DNA of 64,000 nt from Monocercomonoides exilis PA203 (lineage: Eukaryota; Protista; Preaxostyla), in NCBI GenBank assembly GCA_001643675.2, contig LSRY02000019.1:372001-436000 (forward strand), in the 5' to 3' direction. This document shows positions 51,376-64,000 of the stretch, piece by piece; position 1 is the stretch's first letter, and each line of letters opens with the position of its first letter. Made by a program: the position numbers and the translations under genes. The notes under the pieces were generated by a model. It searched no databases, was not told the DNA's origin, and saw nothing but the letters and a program-made list of their open reading frames with translations.

Positions 51376-52293
51376 TTAATCCTCTTTCTTCATTTTTTTC
51401 AAAACAAATGCCATGTTTTTCCCAAGATTTGCCATTGTGCGTTTTCCTTCTTCGTCATTTTCAACGTCACCCGGTTTAAGTCCAATGCCTTCGTTCCTGA
51501 AGAATAAATTTTTTAAATTATTCGGTTAATGGAAAAATTTTCACAAATGTAAAAATCTTTTGTAAAAGAAAAAAAAAATGATTTTCATTTCGTACCAATA
51601 ACTTGAACCAACAATGTGCATCTGCGAAATTGTGAAAAAGTGGTTGATTTGATCGAATACTGAAATGGCTCCTCCTCTTCTAACTGCAACAACAGCAGCT
51701 CCAATTTTATTCTTTAAAGTTCCTCCAGAAACCATCGAAATCCAGCCACATCTAAAACAAAATAATCAAATTGAAATATAAAAAAAAATTCGCACCTGTC
51801 AATAAGTGATTTCATTTCCACACTAACAGCGGCATAGTGTGTTGGTGAACCTTAATTTCAAGAAAATGAAAAACAAAAAGAAATAAAAATCTTCCAACCA
51901 AGAATAATTCCATCTGCTTCCATCATTTTTGCGTACCATTCGTTCACCGGGTCTCCTGGTGTTGCATGGACGCATTTTCCTGTTGCTTTACATCCGTTGC
52001 AGCCTCTGCATCCCCTCACATGATCAGCTAAAAAAATAAATTTTGGCAATATCAACTTTCAGGGGCATAAGGATTTATAAACCGTTTCCAACCATCACCA
52101 TCTCGCACTCTATTCCTTCCTTTCTTAATTCTGTGAAGACCATTTCAAGTAATTTTGCAGTGTTCCCATCCTTTTTTGCACTTTGTAATGTGAAAAAACG
52201 CATCAAATATGGAAAAAGAAAGTAATATACATATTGGGATGCAAACCTTCCATTGAATCCAACAACTTTGATTGGTTTTTCTGGTGCAGACAT
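51376..52293 (-). CDS. Iron-sulfur flavoprotein (Isf) / NADPH-dependent FMN reductase family, 6 exons
   Basis: GFNGSAKKDGNT, CRGCNGCKATGKC (CX2CX2CX5C), ADGIILGSPTHY, MKSLIDR, LKNKIGAAVVAVRRGG, MHIVGSSYWN, LGKNMA. Confidence 0.93.
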
Positions 52294-52846
52294 TGTTCTT
52301 TTCGAAATCAAATTTGCTCGAATATGGGTATTTTTCCAGAAATTTTATATTATATAAAATAAAAAACAATAAATTTTCAAAAAGCTGACGATTCGTTTGC
52401 AAAGTTATTTTATCATATAAAAATTGTGTCTCCGAACGGTTTGACGTGTTTCTCCGAATTTCCATAACTTTATTTTCTTCATTTTAATTAATAGAAATAA
52501 TTGATTAATACGAAATTAATCAATAAAGATGACATTTGGTTAAATAAAAAAACGAAAATGCACTTTTTTTTGAAATTTGCAAAAAATGGTTTTATTTTAT
52601 TTTATTTAATTTTATTTTTTTATTGTAACTCTGTTATTTGGAAGTCAAAAAAAATAAAAATATTCAAGCTTTGAATCATTCAAATTTTCTATTACAAAAA
52701 GACAGCTTCAAATCATGTATTCAAGCATAAATTTATTATTCAGATATAAATGGAAATGTTAGTGCCAAATATATTTCCATTTTTTTTTTTTCTTCTTTCT
52801 TCTTTCTTCGCTGAAAAATTTGGAAAATGATTCTTTCATAAACTAA

Positions 52847-54312
52847 TCAACCAATTATTGTAGTTTTTATTGCATCCACAAATTGCGAAGGCACGAAATA
52901 TATAAATTTCACATGCTTATCTGTTTCTCCATATTTTAAAGCCTGTTGATAGAATATAAAAAAAGAAAGAAAGGAAGGAAAAGAAAAGAAAAATATAATC
53001 GTGATTGTATTCATAAAGTAAAGATATCTCTATAACATGAGCAAACCATCATAAAATATCCTTCATATTGCTCTATTGGCTGTGAATTAACGGATCTGTT
53101 CAAATTCCATTGAAATATCCATTAAAAAAAAATTAAACAATAATTAGAAATATTTCAAAAAATAAAAAAAAAGAAAATAGCTTTCCATATTTATCATGCC
53201 TAATCTTGTTATAAGAGAGAACTTCTTGACCTTTATCGGATAAAATCACCATGACCCTTTCGTATGCCTTTAATTAATAAAAATAGTTATTTGACAAATA
53301 AAAAAGAAAGAATGAATGAAAAGATAAATCATTTACAGTGACAAATTAATAGTACACGTGCGTTACAAAATATTTTTTTATAATAAGAAAAAAAAAGAAA
53401 AGAAAAGAAAAAGAATCAAATATAAATATTTATCATTTCACTTCACAAAGCCATACAGAAAATCGTATACGAATTCGCTCGCATCGTGAATTCATCAATC
53501 CAGTTATCTGACCACTTGGGGGTAGTGAATGCTAAATAATACAGTTTAATTCATCACATTATAAATTCATTCTCATTTAATCAAATTATGAAACTTTTCC
53601 GGATTCTGGAGAAATGCTCCCATCTGGAGGTCCGTGCATTATTACTCTTCTATGTTTCTATAGTTTATAAATAATCGTTATTATTCAATAATTTACAAGC
53701 ATCTAAACCTCTTCATGGCACCATGGAACTTCTGCTTTTGCTTTGGCTAATATTTAATAATTCATCACATAAAACTTAACTATTATTAAAAATTTTAGTA
53801 ATACCTTCGGATTCTAAAATCTGTTCCAGTGATGCGGTTGTTTCTGTTGCTTTTTGTTTTGTTAATTGGATTGCTGAGGGTAATGACCCGATGCAAAGAA
53901 TCTATGAAAAGCAAGCAATTTGCTGTTTTGTTATTTAAAATCAATCTGTGCAGACTTTTCCTCCATTTAATACTCCGGATTCTGTCAACGTTGCTTCATT
54001 TCTCATGCTTCCTAAAGAGTTGGTATATTTTTTAAATGTAATCAAACAATAGATTTTAAGCAAATGTCATTATCAGCTTTTTCGAAAGTGCATGCCTTTA
54101 AACATTAGTTTTTGGTTTGCAACAGGTATACCGCTAGCTGCTTCAATGTATTGCTTCAGTTCAAGAACTGTATTTTCAGCTCCAAATTCGATTTGATATG
54201 ATATTTTCCCAGCTTTTATTTCAAATTTTATAATTTCTCCTTTAAAATTTGTTTGAGAAAGTTGCTCTGAATGCTCTTCTATGGGAATCTCTTCCGACGA
54301 GGGTGTTGCCAT
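52847..54312 (-). CDS. UBFD1: Ubiquitin domain-containing protein, UBFD1-like, with many small exons
   Basis: N-terminal UBL (TVLELKQYIEAASGIPVANQKLMFK). C-terminal motifs KHRRVIMHGPPD, ITGLMNSRCERIRIRF, SQPIEQYEGYF and FIYFVPSQFVDAIKTTIIG* match my recollection of the UBFD1 C-terminal domain. Confidence 0.8.
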
Positions 54313-54364
54313 TAAATAATGTCGGGTTAGATCCAAAGCCGTTTTGGTTATCTTATTCAAAAAA

Positions 54365-55024
54365 ATGCAGCAGGAAGCAGAAGTATTGAAAAAAGTGGGC
54401 ATTCTAGATAATCCAGTATTTGAAAGTCATTGTGCTTGGATGGAATCAATGGTGACGGTGCGTTATTTTTGTGAACATTTTTTAATTGTTCAATCTTTTT
54501 TGAAGAATTTACAACAAATTGAGCAACTTACAGCGATATTATCGTCTCATGAAGAAGAAGAGCAAATTATTATGAATGACATGGATTCAGCAGAACAATT
54601 AGCTCGCGATAAACTTGTTCCTGAACTTTCTGAAATGATTCGTGGATATGTGGATCAAATAAAAAGTTTGTGAAACTCAATTTTAATCTTAATTTACTCA
54701 TCAATTGTTGTTTATTTTAAAAATTAAGTTCATATTGAAAAAAGCATGTTGACTTCATCTGAACTTCATGACCGTCTTTCTGAAAGATATATGGAATTAC
54801 TTCAAACGGTCACTGGACCAGCATTAGAAAAACTGAAGGGATATACAGAAGGTATTGCCAAATTGGAAAAATGAAAATTTGAGATTTTTCATTGTATATA
54901 TTTTTCAGACGTTTCACAATTGGAAGCTTTAACGGCAGGTCCCGACGCAAGGATGTCGAGTGAATATAAAAAAAGAGCCAACGCACTTCTTGATCGTATT
55001 GCTCGACTAAATCCAACTTCATGA
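54365..55024 (+). CDS. Hypothetical coiled-coil protein (about 4 exons)
   Basis: MQQEAEVLKKVGILDNP... splices at GT-AG sites to a last exon ...KKRANALLDRIARLNPTS*. Confidence 0.6.
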
Positions 55025-55290
55025 AAATAAACTGGAAGAAATCCTAAATCCACTTCATATATTCATTTCGCAATTAATTGCTAAAAAATTTTTTTGTTGT
55101 TGTTGTTGTTGTTGATAAATTAAAAATGTTAAGTATTTGTTCAAGTTTTGTTGCATTTGGGTATATCTTTTTTTTCAATTATCGCCCATTATCTTAAATA
55201 GTTGATCTATTTATTTTGTTTTCAAAAGGTTTGTGTCTATGAATAAAATTCATTTCTTTTCAAGTTTTCTTTGTGGATAATAGTTAGTTA

Positions 55291-57146
55291 ATGTTCTTGT
55301 CGGGGGATTCATACAAATTAAGTAACGATGCGACACCAAGCAGAGTTATTCATTTGAGAAATATGTCTGATAGAACGTCAAAGGTTTCGTGCTTTACCTC
55401 AAGCTTATTTTATTGCATTATATATGTATGTTTTAAATTATCAGGATGATTTGATCTCATTAGCTTCGCCTTATGGAGCGATTTCAAATATCGTTTTGTT
55501 GAAAAACAGCCGCCAAGCTATGATTGAATTTTCTCGTATTCAAAGTGCAATCGCTTTTTTGAAAGCTACAAGCAGAAACAAGCCTGTTTTGCAGTGTGTT
55601 AGATATCTTTGAAAGTTAACATTTTTAATATTTATGTCTCATTTCAAAAAAAAAAGTAATTCAACTGTTTATACTCAATATTCGTTGCACCAATCGCTTG
55701 AAAGTCAAGAAGGAAAAAGTCCATTATCAATGATGCCAGTAGATTCTGTTTCATCCACATCAGATGAACCAGAAGCATCAAGAGTTCTTCTTGCAACGAT
55801 TCTTAATGTGAGATATCCAATAGATGTGAATGTAATTTCTCAGGTGTTTTCCCCATACGAGAAGGCTCCACGAAGAACTGTGGAAAAAATTATAGTTTTT
55901 CGAAAGCCAGCTGGACTTCATGCGTTGGTTCAGTTTTCGAACATTGGCTCAGCGATCAGAGCTAAGCGTGAATTAGAAGGCCAAAATATTTTCACTGGAT
56001 GTTGTACTCTGCATGTTACATTTAGCATTGAAAAGGAGATCGAAATAAGTGAAAACTCAGATTTAGCAAGAGATTTTACAAATCCTCATCTTCCTTATCA
56101 TCCAACGCCTTCAGATGCTTATAAATTACCCGACATAAAGCGAACTCCGACCGATTCAACACAATTATCTTCATTTTCTATTGCTCCGCATCAATTCACG
56201 CCAACATACGGTGCACCAGCAACTGGAAGATCACAAGGAAGAGGTTTGGTATATATTTTTGTGTGGTGAATGTGGAAATTGTGACAAAAAATTGTTTTGC
56301 CAAAGTTCTATTTTTTTGATGTGGCTTATTTTATTTTGAAGAGATTAACTTGTTATTTTTTGAAGGAAACTCATTTTTTGTATTTTTCATTTTTGTTTTT
56401 TACTTGTCCGTGGTTATGAAATATCAATAATTGTTCGATTTTTTCTCTTCTTTTATTAACTTGCAACAGGTTCCTCGGGATATTTTCCTGGCTCAGCCTC
56501 CGATTCTTTGGTGCTTCCTCATTCTGTCATACTTGTGTCAAACATACCTCCAGAGTCTGTGTCTATCACAGAGCTGTTCAATCTCTTCTCCAATTACGGT
56601 GTCATTAAGCGGATCAAGCTTCTCCACGAGGACGACACAAAGGCGCTGATCCAGTTCACGTCAGAGGAAATGAGCGAAGACGCCATCGAATGCCTCGACC
56701 GCATCTCTCTTTTTGGCAGTGTGCTTTCTGTGGTTGAGTCGCACTACGACACCATCCAGTCGCCGATTCCTGTGAGCGAAGGAGGAGACGGGCGGACTGT
56801 GGATTTTCAGGACTCGTCGCTGAACAGATGCCGCTTCGGGCCTGTGTTTTTGGGCAAAGGAACGCCTTCGCCACCAACTGCGGTGCTTCACGTGTCGAAC
56901 ATGTCGCCCACCACAAGCGAAGAGAGCTTGATGCAGCATCTGCAGACACGCCAGCCACATCGCGTGAATGCGATCCGGATGATTGACTCGTCGTCGTCTT
57001 CTTCCTCTTCTTCGATGGTCACAAAAAGGATGGCTTTGGTGAAATTTGACGATGAAGAAAAAGCCACTGAAGTTATGTGCCTTATGCACAATTCTGCTCT
57101 TGATGGAATGAACATCCGCTTATCTTTCTCTTCAAACAAAATTTGA
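55291..57146 (+). CDS. Polypyrimidine-tract-binding protein / hnRNP L family, 4 RRMs
   Basis: PSRVIHLRNM, SRVLLATILNVRYPIDVNVISQVFS, LEGQNIFTGCCTLHVTFS, LFNLFSNYGVIKRIKLL, PPTAVLHVSNM, IRLSFS. Confidence 0.92.
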
Positions 57147-57597
57147 GTGGCAATGCGTATTTCTCTCTTTCTTTTTCTTCTTTTGGTACACTCCACCTTC
57201 ACTGAAACTTAATTTTCGATAATGGAAATTTAAGTTATGATTTTTAGATTTTATCTTCAAAACTGCAATTTCACTCTGTGTCTATAATTATAAATGAAAA
57301 TGATTTTATAATTTCATAACTATATAAAGAGTACTTTTTATAATTCTTTTTTGAATTCAATGAGCAATCTGAGTTTTTCGAATTGATGCATCAAAAAAGG
57401 AATTTGGATTGATGAAGCATTGCAAATTTTTATTTTTAAAACAAAAACTGGAAATATATATAACCTCCATATTCTTCTTTTTTTAGACTTCTTATAGAAA
57501 TTCTTTTTTTCACATGAATTCAAAAAATAATAATGGGCAAGAAATTTTTTGTTTTATTTCTGTTCATCTTATAGCAGCAAATAAATTGACATAATCA

Positions 57598-59198
57598 ATG
57601 GAGGGAGAAGAATATGGAAAACAGTTTGTGTATTTTAATTCAAATATATTTTACTTTGCTTTTTGCAGTTGTATGTTTCCTGGATGTCAACAATTAGATT
57701 TTCTTCCGATTGAATGCAAAGAGTTTGCTTGCAATACATTCTTTTAGTAGTATTTGATGTTTTTATTTCTATTCTGAATTTGCAATAGTTGTCATCAACT
57801 ATTTTGCAATCAGCATTCCTTTTCTTTCCAACACAATTGTCCGGGTATGAAATTACATGCATTATAAATCGTTATAAAAATACTATTTATGTCAATAACT
57901 TCGATGTTTTAATTTGTAATAGCTTTATCTTCTTCTAGAATTTCTCCGGCATGCCCCATATGTAATCAAATAGTATTTGTTGGGCCTGACGAAGACATGA
58001 ATGAAATTGTACGAATTTTTCAATATAATTCTACTTTATTATACTCTTTCTTTCTTTCTTTGTGATGAAAATGCATGGCCAATACTTTTTATGTTGATTA
58101 TATTGAATTAGATGAACTCACATATCGAAAGTGGATGTCGCTTCAGGACAAGGGAATCTCCACCTTTGCCAAAGAAACCAATATGTTCTGTTTTTGGATG
58201 TACTGAAGATTTTATGTCCCCATTTTTATGTCCTCATTGTCACAAAACTTTTTGCATGACTCATAGACTTCCTGAAAATCATGGATGTTCAGGAGTTCCT
58301 CGATCTAAATCACTTTCACCACCTCCAACCTCATCTCAAAAATCACTTTCACCCTCTTCTGCAGAAGCATCTCCGGAACGCAAAACTTCTCTTTCTCCAT
58401 CGTCATCATCTTCAACCTCATCCAAAACTTCTTTTTCCACTTCAATTATGTCTATGTTTCCAAGGCCAAAACCCAAACCAAAAGTGTTTTCGTTTGAGTC
58501 ACCATCCTCTTCTTCATCTTCTTCATCTTCGTCTTCACTTTTTTCATTTAAATCTTCTCGTTCGGCTCTCACAGGAAAGTGTATGTACAATTTTATTTAT
58601 TGTTTGAATGTTCATTATTCTAAAAAAATCAAATAATAATTCATTAATATTTAGCAAAGGAGACTCTCGCGAAGCGATTGAAGGCTAAGGTATAGCTCTT
58701 TTTTGTGTGCATGTGTATAACCGTCTACTTTGTTTAAATCTTTTTAATAGAATGTTTCGAGTGTCGATTTCTCAAAGAGAAGATATCTGGATGTGCTAAT
58801 TGAAGGAAGGGGCGAATCGGAATGCTATTGTGTGCCAATGGATGCACGAGTTGGGCGTGTCATTGATCTGATTTCGTCTTTGGCAAAAGTTCCCAACAAA
58901 AACAACATTCCTGGAGAAAAGGTGTGCAAAAATAGAACAGAAAAAAAGAAAAAGAAAGAGGAATATTTTTTTATTTAACAAGAAAGAATGAAACTTTTTT
59001 CTTTGATACCATAAAGCTCCTTTAATGTCATGTGTTCGTTCCAATATTGTTTTCTTCTCATTTTTTGCTGAAAATCTTCAGAAGCTTTGCATTTTCCTTC
59101 GAGGCTCGGAAGAACCTCTTCCAATGGAAATGAAGATTGAGCATCTGGTTGAGAGGAAGGAAGATACGTTGGAGGTGACTCTCGCTCATTGTCAGTAA
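57598..59198 (+). CDS. AN1-type zinc finger protein, ZFAND1/Cuz1/AIRAP-like; 3' end approximate
   Basis: GCQQLDFLPIEC, CPICNQ..HIESGC, CSVFGC..CPHCHKTFCMTHRLPENHGC, and a C-terminal UBL-like VGRVIDLISSLAKVPNKNN. Confidence 0.85.
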
Positions 59199-59802
59199 TA
59201 TCAATCATTCTTATTGAGATCAAGTGAGTTTTCAAAACTTTTTTTTACCAACTTTATGTCAATTCAAAGTTATTAAAATGTATTTTTTTTTCAAATTTCA
59301 AATTCCAAGCTTTGTGACTCGAATTTAAGTTTATTGTCATTTTTAGTTATTTCCAATGATTTCACATGTGATTCTTAACACATGCGAAATTGTTTGTTAG
59401 AATAAACGTTTTCTCGTTTTTTTTTTACCTGTTTTTATTGCTTGCATTTTTCTTTTCGTAATTGTATTTAAAATAATTCATTTTATTGCATTTTATTCCT
59501 TTTTTATATCAAACATTCGCGTTAAATAGCAATATGAAAAAATATTTTTTTATTACATAAGCATATTTTAAGAGATAGTCGCGAAAAAATACATATTTGA
59601 AAAGAATAATAATCGTCTCTATTTCAACTCTAAAAAATTGATTGAAATAACATTCAATACTTTAAAATAAAACATTTATGCAAAGCGGAACATCTGACAT
59701 TTGGAGTTTTCGTTTTCAATTCAAAAACTTCTTTTGCACACAATCCAAATGATGGAAACAAAAGACAGTCATATGATTAATTATTCTTGTGGTAGGTACA
59801 AA

Positions 59803-61710
59803 TCAAGAACCTGATAAAGCTGTTGAAGCAGCTTTTAATGCTTCTTCACTGTTGCTTGAGATAAATTGTTGACTGCTTGAATTTGTGGAAATTCCATTTT
59901 CAATTATTTCCACAGGAGATGTTGTCGCGCTGTTACTGTCGCAATCAGATTCAGTCATCGCAACGGAAGCAACTCCTGCTTCAGATTCCAATGACGAGCT
60001 TGATGAGGATAATTCTGTTAAAAGTGCAGAAGTTTCTTCCATTTTACCATATGCATTCCTTTTTCCTCTTTCTTTTTCCTTTCTTTTCTGACATGGAAGT
60101 TTATTCTTTGTTGCACATGACAAAATGCAAGCAAACAAGATAATTATAGCAATAAACATTAAAGCACCAACGCTAACACCGATAATGCCACCAACACTTA
60201 ATGTTCCATGTATCAAGTGACTCAAATCGCCTCTGCCGTTAACATATATCCTTGGCTTTGTGCTTGATGAAGTGGTTTTTTTAGAAAAAGTTGCAGAAGT
60301 GATGATGGTTGCAAATGTGCTATCTGCATAAATATCATTTGCCAATGATGAACCCGGTGAGTAATATCTTTCTCCTTCTTTCACTTTGATCGCTGCTTGA
60401 TTTCCTTTAAACCGACAGCCATCGAGCATTATGCCTGGAGAATACAAAGTGGAAAAATTAAGTTGTGCTCGAAATAATCCCATTCCTCCTCCTACAAGAC
60501 AAGCGGAGCATTTCTCAAACACACATTCTGATAACGCAACTGCTCCATAATGCGCTTCAACAAAAATACCTCCCCCAATCCCTTCTCTTTTTTTCACAGC
60601 TTCGCATTGCTTCATCGACACAACATTCATTTGAACATTACCAGCTGTCAAAGCAAGAAACCCGCCATCGTCTCCACGGCATTTCTGGGCAATGCAATTT
60701 TGCATTCCAAAAGAACCATAACAGTATACTCCTCCACCAATACCATTGTGCGAAGAACAGTTCGAAAAATTGGTAAACTGAAATTGATTTCTCTCTGTGC
60801 AAAGAAACAAATATCCACCAAAAACAGCACCGCCGTCTCCTTCTGTTGCGGAGCATCCAGTAAACAAACAACTTTTTACTTGGACATTTATGTTTGAAGT
60901 ATAATAAAGTGCTCCTCCGCTTATAGCATAGCATCTATTAAATGTGCAAGCTTCAAAAGTGGCATTGTTTTGCATTATCTGTTGAAATTGAATTAATTCT
61001 CCCGCAAAACTTGTTGGCAAAATTTTTGTCTGCCGCATGCTCTTTTTATCTTCACAGTTATGAGTACAACGAAAAAATGTACAATTTTTTATTGAAAGCT
61101 CCTTGCAAAATAACCCAGCCACAAACCCTCCGTAAAAAGCAGACACACATTTGTAAAAAATAGAGTTATCCAATATGTTAATTTCATCGCTCTGCAACGT
61201 TTTGTTTGTGAAATATTGTGAATTTTTCGAAATATTCATCATCTTACAATTTGTAAGTCGGATTTGAGAATTGTCAATTGATTCGAAAAAGGGTTTTGAA
61301 GAAAGGAAAATATCTTGAACATCTGTTTCCGCAACAAATATATTGCTTTTGCACGCTGATTTTATAAAAGAAGATTTTACAAAATTTGTCGATATAGAAA
61401 TAGAGCAATTTGATAAACAAAGTGATGAATCATTTACAGCAAACATTTCGGAAAATATAGATGTCACATTAAAAGAGCAGCAACTTAAAGTTAAAGACGA
61501 AAGACTTTGAAGCATAAAATGAATAAATGGGGAAGAAAATAATAAATTAATTGAATGGATATTTAATGATGTATTGTCCATTCGAATAAAGCCAGTACGA
61601 GAGTAACAAAATTCATTAATAACTGTAAATATTAATTGCTTATTTTTTATGTTGTCAACATTTCTTTCTGTACAAAAACAATAACATAAAAGAAAAAGAA
61701 AGCCATGCAT
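59803..61710 (-). CDS. Single-pass membrane protein with parallel beta-helix (pectin-lyase/Pmp-like) repeats
   Basis: Signal-like N-terminus, repeated FxxC....GGA/GGG units, TM segment GGIIGVSVGALMFIAIIILFACIL, basic stop-transfer sequence. Confidence 0.8.
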   Translation of the reverse strand: MHGFLFLLCYCFCTERNVDNIKNKQLIFTVINEFCYSRTGFIRMDNTSLNIHSINLLFSSPFIHFMLQSLSSLTLSCCSFNVTSIFSEMFAVNDSSLCLSNCSISISTNFVKSSFIKSACKSNIFVAETDVQDIFLSSKPFFESIDNSQIRLTNCKMMNISKNSQYFTNKTLQSDEINILDNSIFYKCVSAFYGGFVAGLFCKELSIKNCTFFRCTHNCEDKKSMRQTKILPTSFAGELIQFQQIMQNNATFEACTFNRCYAISGGALYYTSNINVQVKSCLFTGCSATEGDGGAVFGGYLFLCTERNQFQFTNFSNCSSHNGIGGGVYCYGSFGMQNCIAQKCRGDDGGFLALTAGNVQMNVVSMKQCEAVKKREGIGGGIFVEAHYGAVALSECVFEKCSACLVGGGMGLFRAQLNFSTLYSPGIMLDGCRFKGNQAAIKVKEGERYYSPGSSLANDIYADSTFATIITSATFSKKTTSSSTKPRIYVNGRGDLSHLIHGTLSVGGIIGVSVGALMFIAIIILFACILSCATKNKLPCQKRKEKERGKRNAYGKMEETSALLTELSSSSSSLESEAGVASVAMTESDCDSNSATTSPVEIIENGISTNSSSQQFISSNSEEALKAASTALSGS

Positions 61711-62318
61711 ATTAATGAATAATGGGATGAATGAAAAATCATGAAAATTTTTAATTTTTTTCGAATCTTAAACCGTTGGCATCAATTCTTTATTAATGTT
61801 GGTGCAATGTATGGAATTTGATAGCAGTGTAAAAGATATTTTTGAAAAAAATTTTTCAAAAGGAAGGCTTGTTTTCCTGAATTCAGACAAAAATTATAAA
61901 AACAGTAAAATGGAGAAGATGTGCAAATAACAAAAAAATATTGTCTGTTAATTGTCAATGGTTGCTCCAACGATCTCCTTTAGTACTAAAACACGTATTC
62001 TTGAAAACACAAAATAAAGTTAATGTGAATTGGCCCACAAAAGCTAAAAGCTCTGCAACATTTATGAAGGAAAAGTTAAACATTATCGTACAAATATTAT
62101 TTAATCTTCGAAATAAATAGAATAAAAAGGAACGAAACTCATTGATTTAAACTTTGTTGAACGAACTATCTCGTATATAAACAATTGAAAATATGAATAA
62201 TTGCTCTTGAAAGAAAAAATGAAGAAAAAAACGCTTGAATAACAAAACAAAAATAAAATCAAAAAATAATCACAAAACATGTCGGAAAATATAAAAAATG
62301 TAATTTTTTCTGGTTCTC

Positions 62319-64000
62319 CTATCTTATGAAAAAGCAGCAAAGACACAGTAATTCGAAAAACGCTTTTGAAAAATTTGTATGAAATATAACATCGAGGAAA
62401 ACGCATAAAATGCCGATCAAAATTATTCCAACTACTACACCAACTATTATCGCAACTGTGACCCATGGTTTAGATTTCTTATTCTTTTTACTGTTATCTG
62501 AAGGACGAGTGATAAGATGATCCTTTATGCCGCGCTCCTCAACCACAATTGATGGGCTTGCAGATGACGTGGAACAGCCTGAGAACATCGCTTGGGACAC
62601 TACTCTATCGTAATCTGTTGCGTAATATACATCGTTTCCGTCTTTTACAGCAGTGTTGCTTAGAAACGAGACAGACTTAAATTTGATCGGAGGATTTTCG
62701 GCAGACGCAGAGGCATCAACGCTGCCAGTTACAAAGACACCCCCACCTACCCCGTCGTTTGCGCTGCACGACGCAAACTGGCAATTTTCTATCAAAATGC
62801 TTCCACGTGCATTGAGTACGCACAGGCCCCCGCCGCCTGTAGCGCCTGAAAGAATGCCTGTGCTTATGCACGATGTGAAAACTAAGTCATTCAAATAGCA
62901 TTTTTTCGCACCTTCATTCACAAATATTGCTCCTCCAAGAGATCCGTTGCAATTGAAAAACGTGCAATGTTCAACTGAGGAATGATTCCCTAGACATAAA
63001 GCCCCACCCCGAGATAATTCATTGGAATTCTGAATGTCTTGAAATGAAGATGACGAAGAAGCTAGTATTTTTGCGGCACAATCTCTAAAAACGCAATTTG
63101 CAATTCTGACGTCTTGATCTAGATTTGTTTCTGACGCATATATCCCTCCTCCTGCTGCAAAAGTTGCATGAGAAGATCGACATCTCGCAAATGAACAATT
63201 TTCAACTTTTAAGATTCCCTCGCTAATCATTTCTATTGCGCCACCTTTTCCGTTTTTATTAATGCAATCTTCAAAAGTATCCCCAAAAAAGGTTCTATTT
63301 CCGGAAATACGTTGAGGATCCTGATAGGTTGTAAGGCAGCGTCTGTAAGTATTATTTGAAGAAATAAATTTTTGATCTCTGTTTATTCCTGGAATTATTT
63401 GACCATATATTCCATTTTCAACATCAAAAAATGTTGAGTCAGTAATTTGTGATGTCGAATGAAATGAAGGGTATTGTGATGCTTCTTTACTCGGTGAAGA
63501 TGCAAATGAAGTTGTTGATATATTTCGGAAAATACAAGAGCCCAAAGATACAAATACATCGCCACTTGAAGACAAAAAAAGCAAAGAATGGTGATGTTGA
63601 CGTAATAAAGAAGGGAATTTCAATGATTCTGCTAAAAGTGATCCTCCTTTCAAAGGGAATGAAGCCAACGAATTAAAAGAAAAAGAATTATTATTATGTT
63701 TAAGTAATGACACATTATTGAAAGAAAGACAACTTTCATCACATGAAAATGGTATTGCCTCATCGTTTTCTATATAAATATTGCATTTGGAAAATGACAT
63801 TGTTGAAAATTTTGAAATATTCACAAAGCAGCTCTCAACATGGCTAAATACTATTGAGTCAAATACCAATGATGAATTTGTCAAAGTTCCCCAGAATTTT
63901 TCTGTATCCCCTTCCTCATTCAACGTAGTACCAGAAGTGATGTTTGTGTTTGTGGAATAAAATAGTTTATGCCCAATGATTGACGGTATATTCATCTCAG
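62319..64000 (-). CDS. Paralogous beta-helix single-pass membrane protein; 5' end probably outside the window
   Basis: FEDC..GKGGAI, FARC..GGGIY, FASC..VGGGVFV, GNDVYY, TM segment VAIIVGVVVGIILIGILCVFL and a Cys-rich tail. Confidence 0.8.
   Translation of the reverse strand, partial: EMNIPSIIGHKLFYSTNTNITSGTTLNEEGDTEKFWGTLTNSSLVFDSIVFSHVESCFVNISKFSTMSFSKCNIYIENDEAIPFSCDESCLSFNNVSLLKHNNNSFSFNSLASFPLKGGSLLAESLKFPSLLRQHHHSLLFLSSSGDVFVSLGSCIFRNISTTSFASSPSKEASQYPSFHSTSQITDSTFFDVENGIYGQIIPGINRDQKFISSNNTYRRCLTTYQDPQRISGNRTFFGDTFEDCINKNGKGGAIEMISEGILKVENCSFARCRSSHATFAAGGGIYASETNLDQDVRIANCVFRDCAAKILASSSSSFQDIQNSNELSRGGALCLGNHSSVEHCTFFNCNGSLGGAIFVNEGAKKCYLNDLVFTSCISTGILSGATGGGGLCVLNARGSILIENCQFASCSANDGVGGGVFVTGSVDASASAENPPIKFKSVSFLSNTAVKDGNDVYYATDYDRVVSQAMFSGCSTSSASPSIVVEERGIKDHLITRPSDNSKKNKKSKPWVTVAIIVGVVVGIILIGILCVFLDVIFHTNFSKAFFELLCLCCFFIR

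Overview
AT-rich, intron-rich eukaryotic genomic DNA with GT-AG spliceosomal introns and the standard genetic code. Gene style and multigene families resemble an oxymonad such as Monocercomonoides; this is inference, not a database result. From left to right: a hAT transposase broken by one in-frame TAA; a divergent Rab7-like GTPase; small hypothetical and membrane genes; RPS28; a cullin; an SLC35F6-like transporter; a giant EF-hand/WD40 (WDR49-like) protein; an 8.7-kb accessory block; a PHO80-type cyclin; SMC4; a PPPDE/DeSI peptidase; a Yak1/DYRK kinase; an iron-sulfur flavoprotein; UBFD1; a PTB/hnRNP-L-like protein; an AN1 zinc-finger protein; and two beta-helix-like membrane proteins. The main unexplained structure is the accessory block (24759-33454). 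It consists of two head-to-tail units of about 4.3-4.4 kb, each bounded by imperfect ~38-bp terminal inverted repeats (AGATGRAWTT...) with subterminal arrays of 19-21-bp quasi-palindromic repeats. The units are separated and flanked by a 3-bp AAT/AAT/GAT motif. I see no transposase in them; they carry different decayed host-gene cargo, which suggests a Pack-type gene-capturing element or cassette system. Exon boundaries were read by eye and are approximate.
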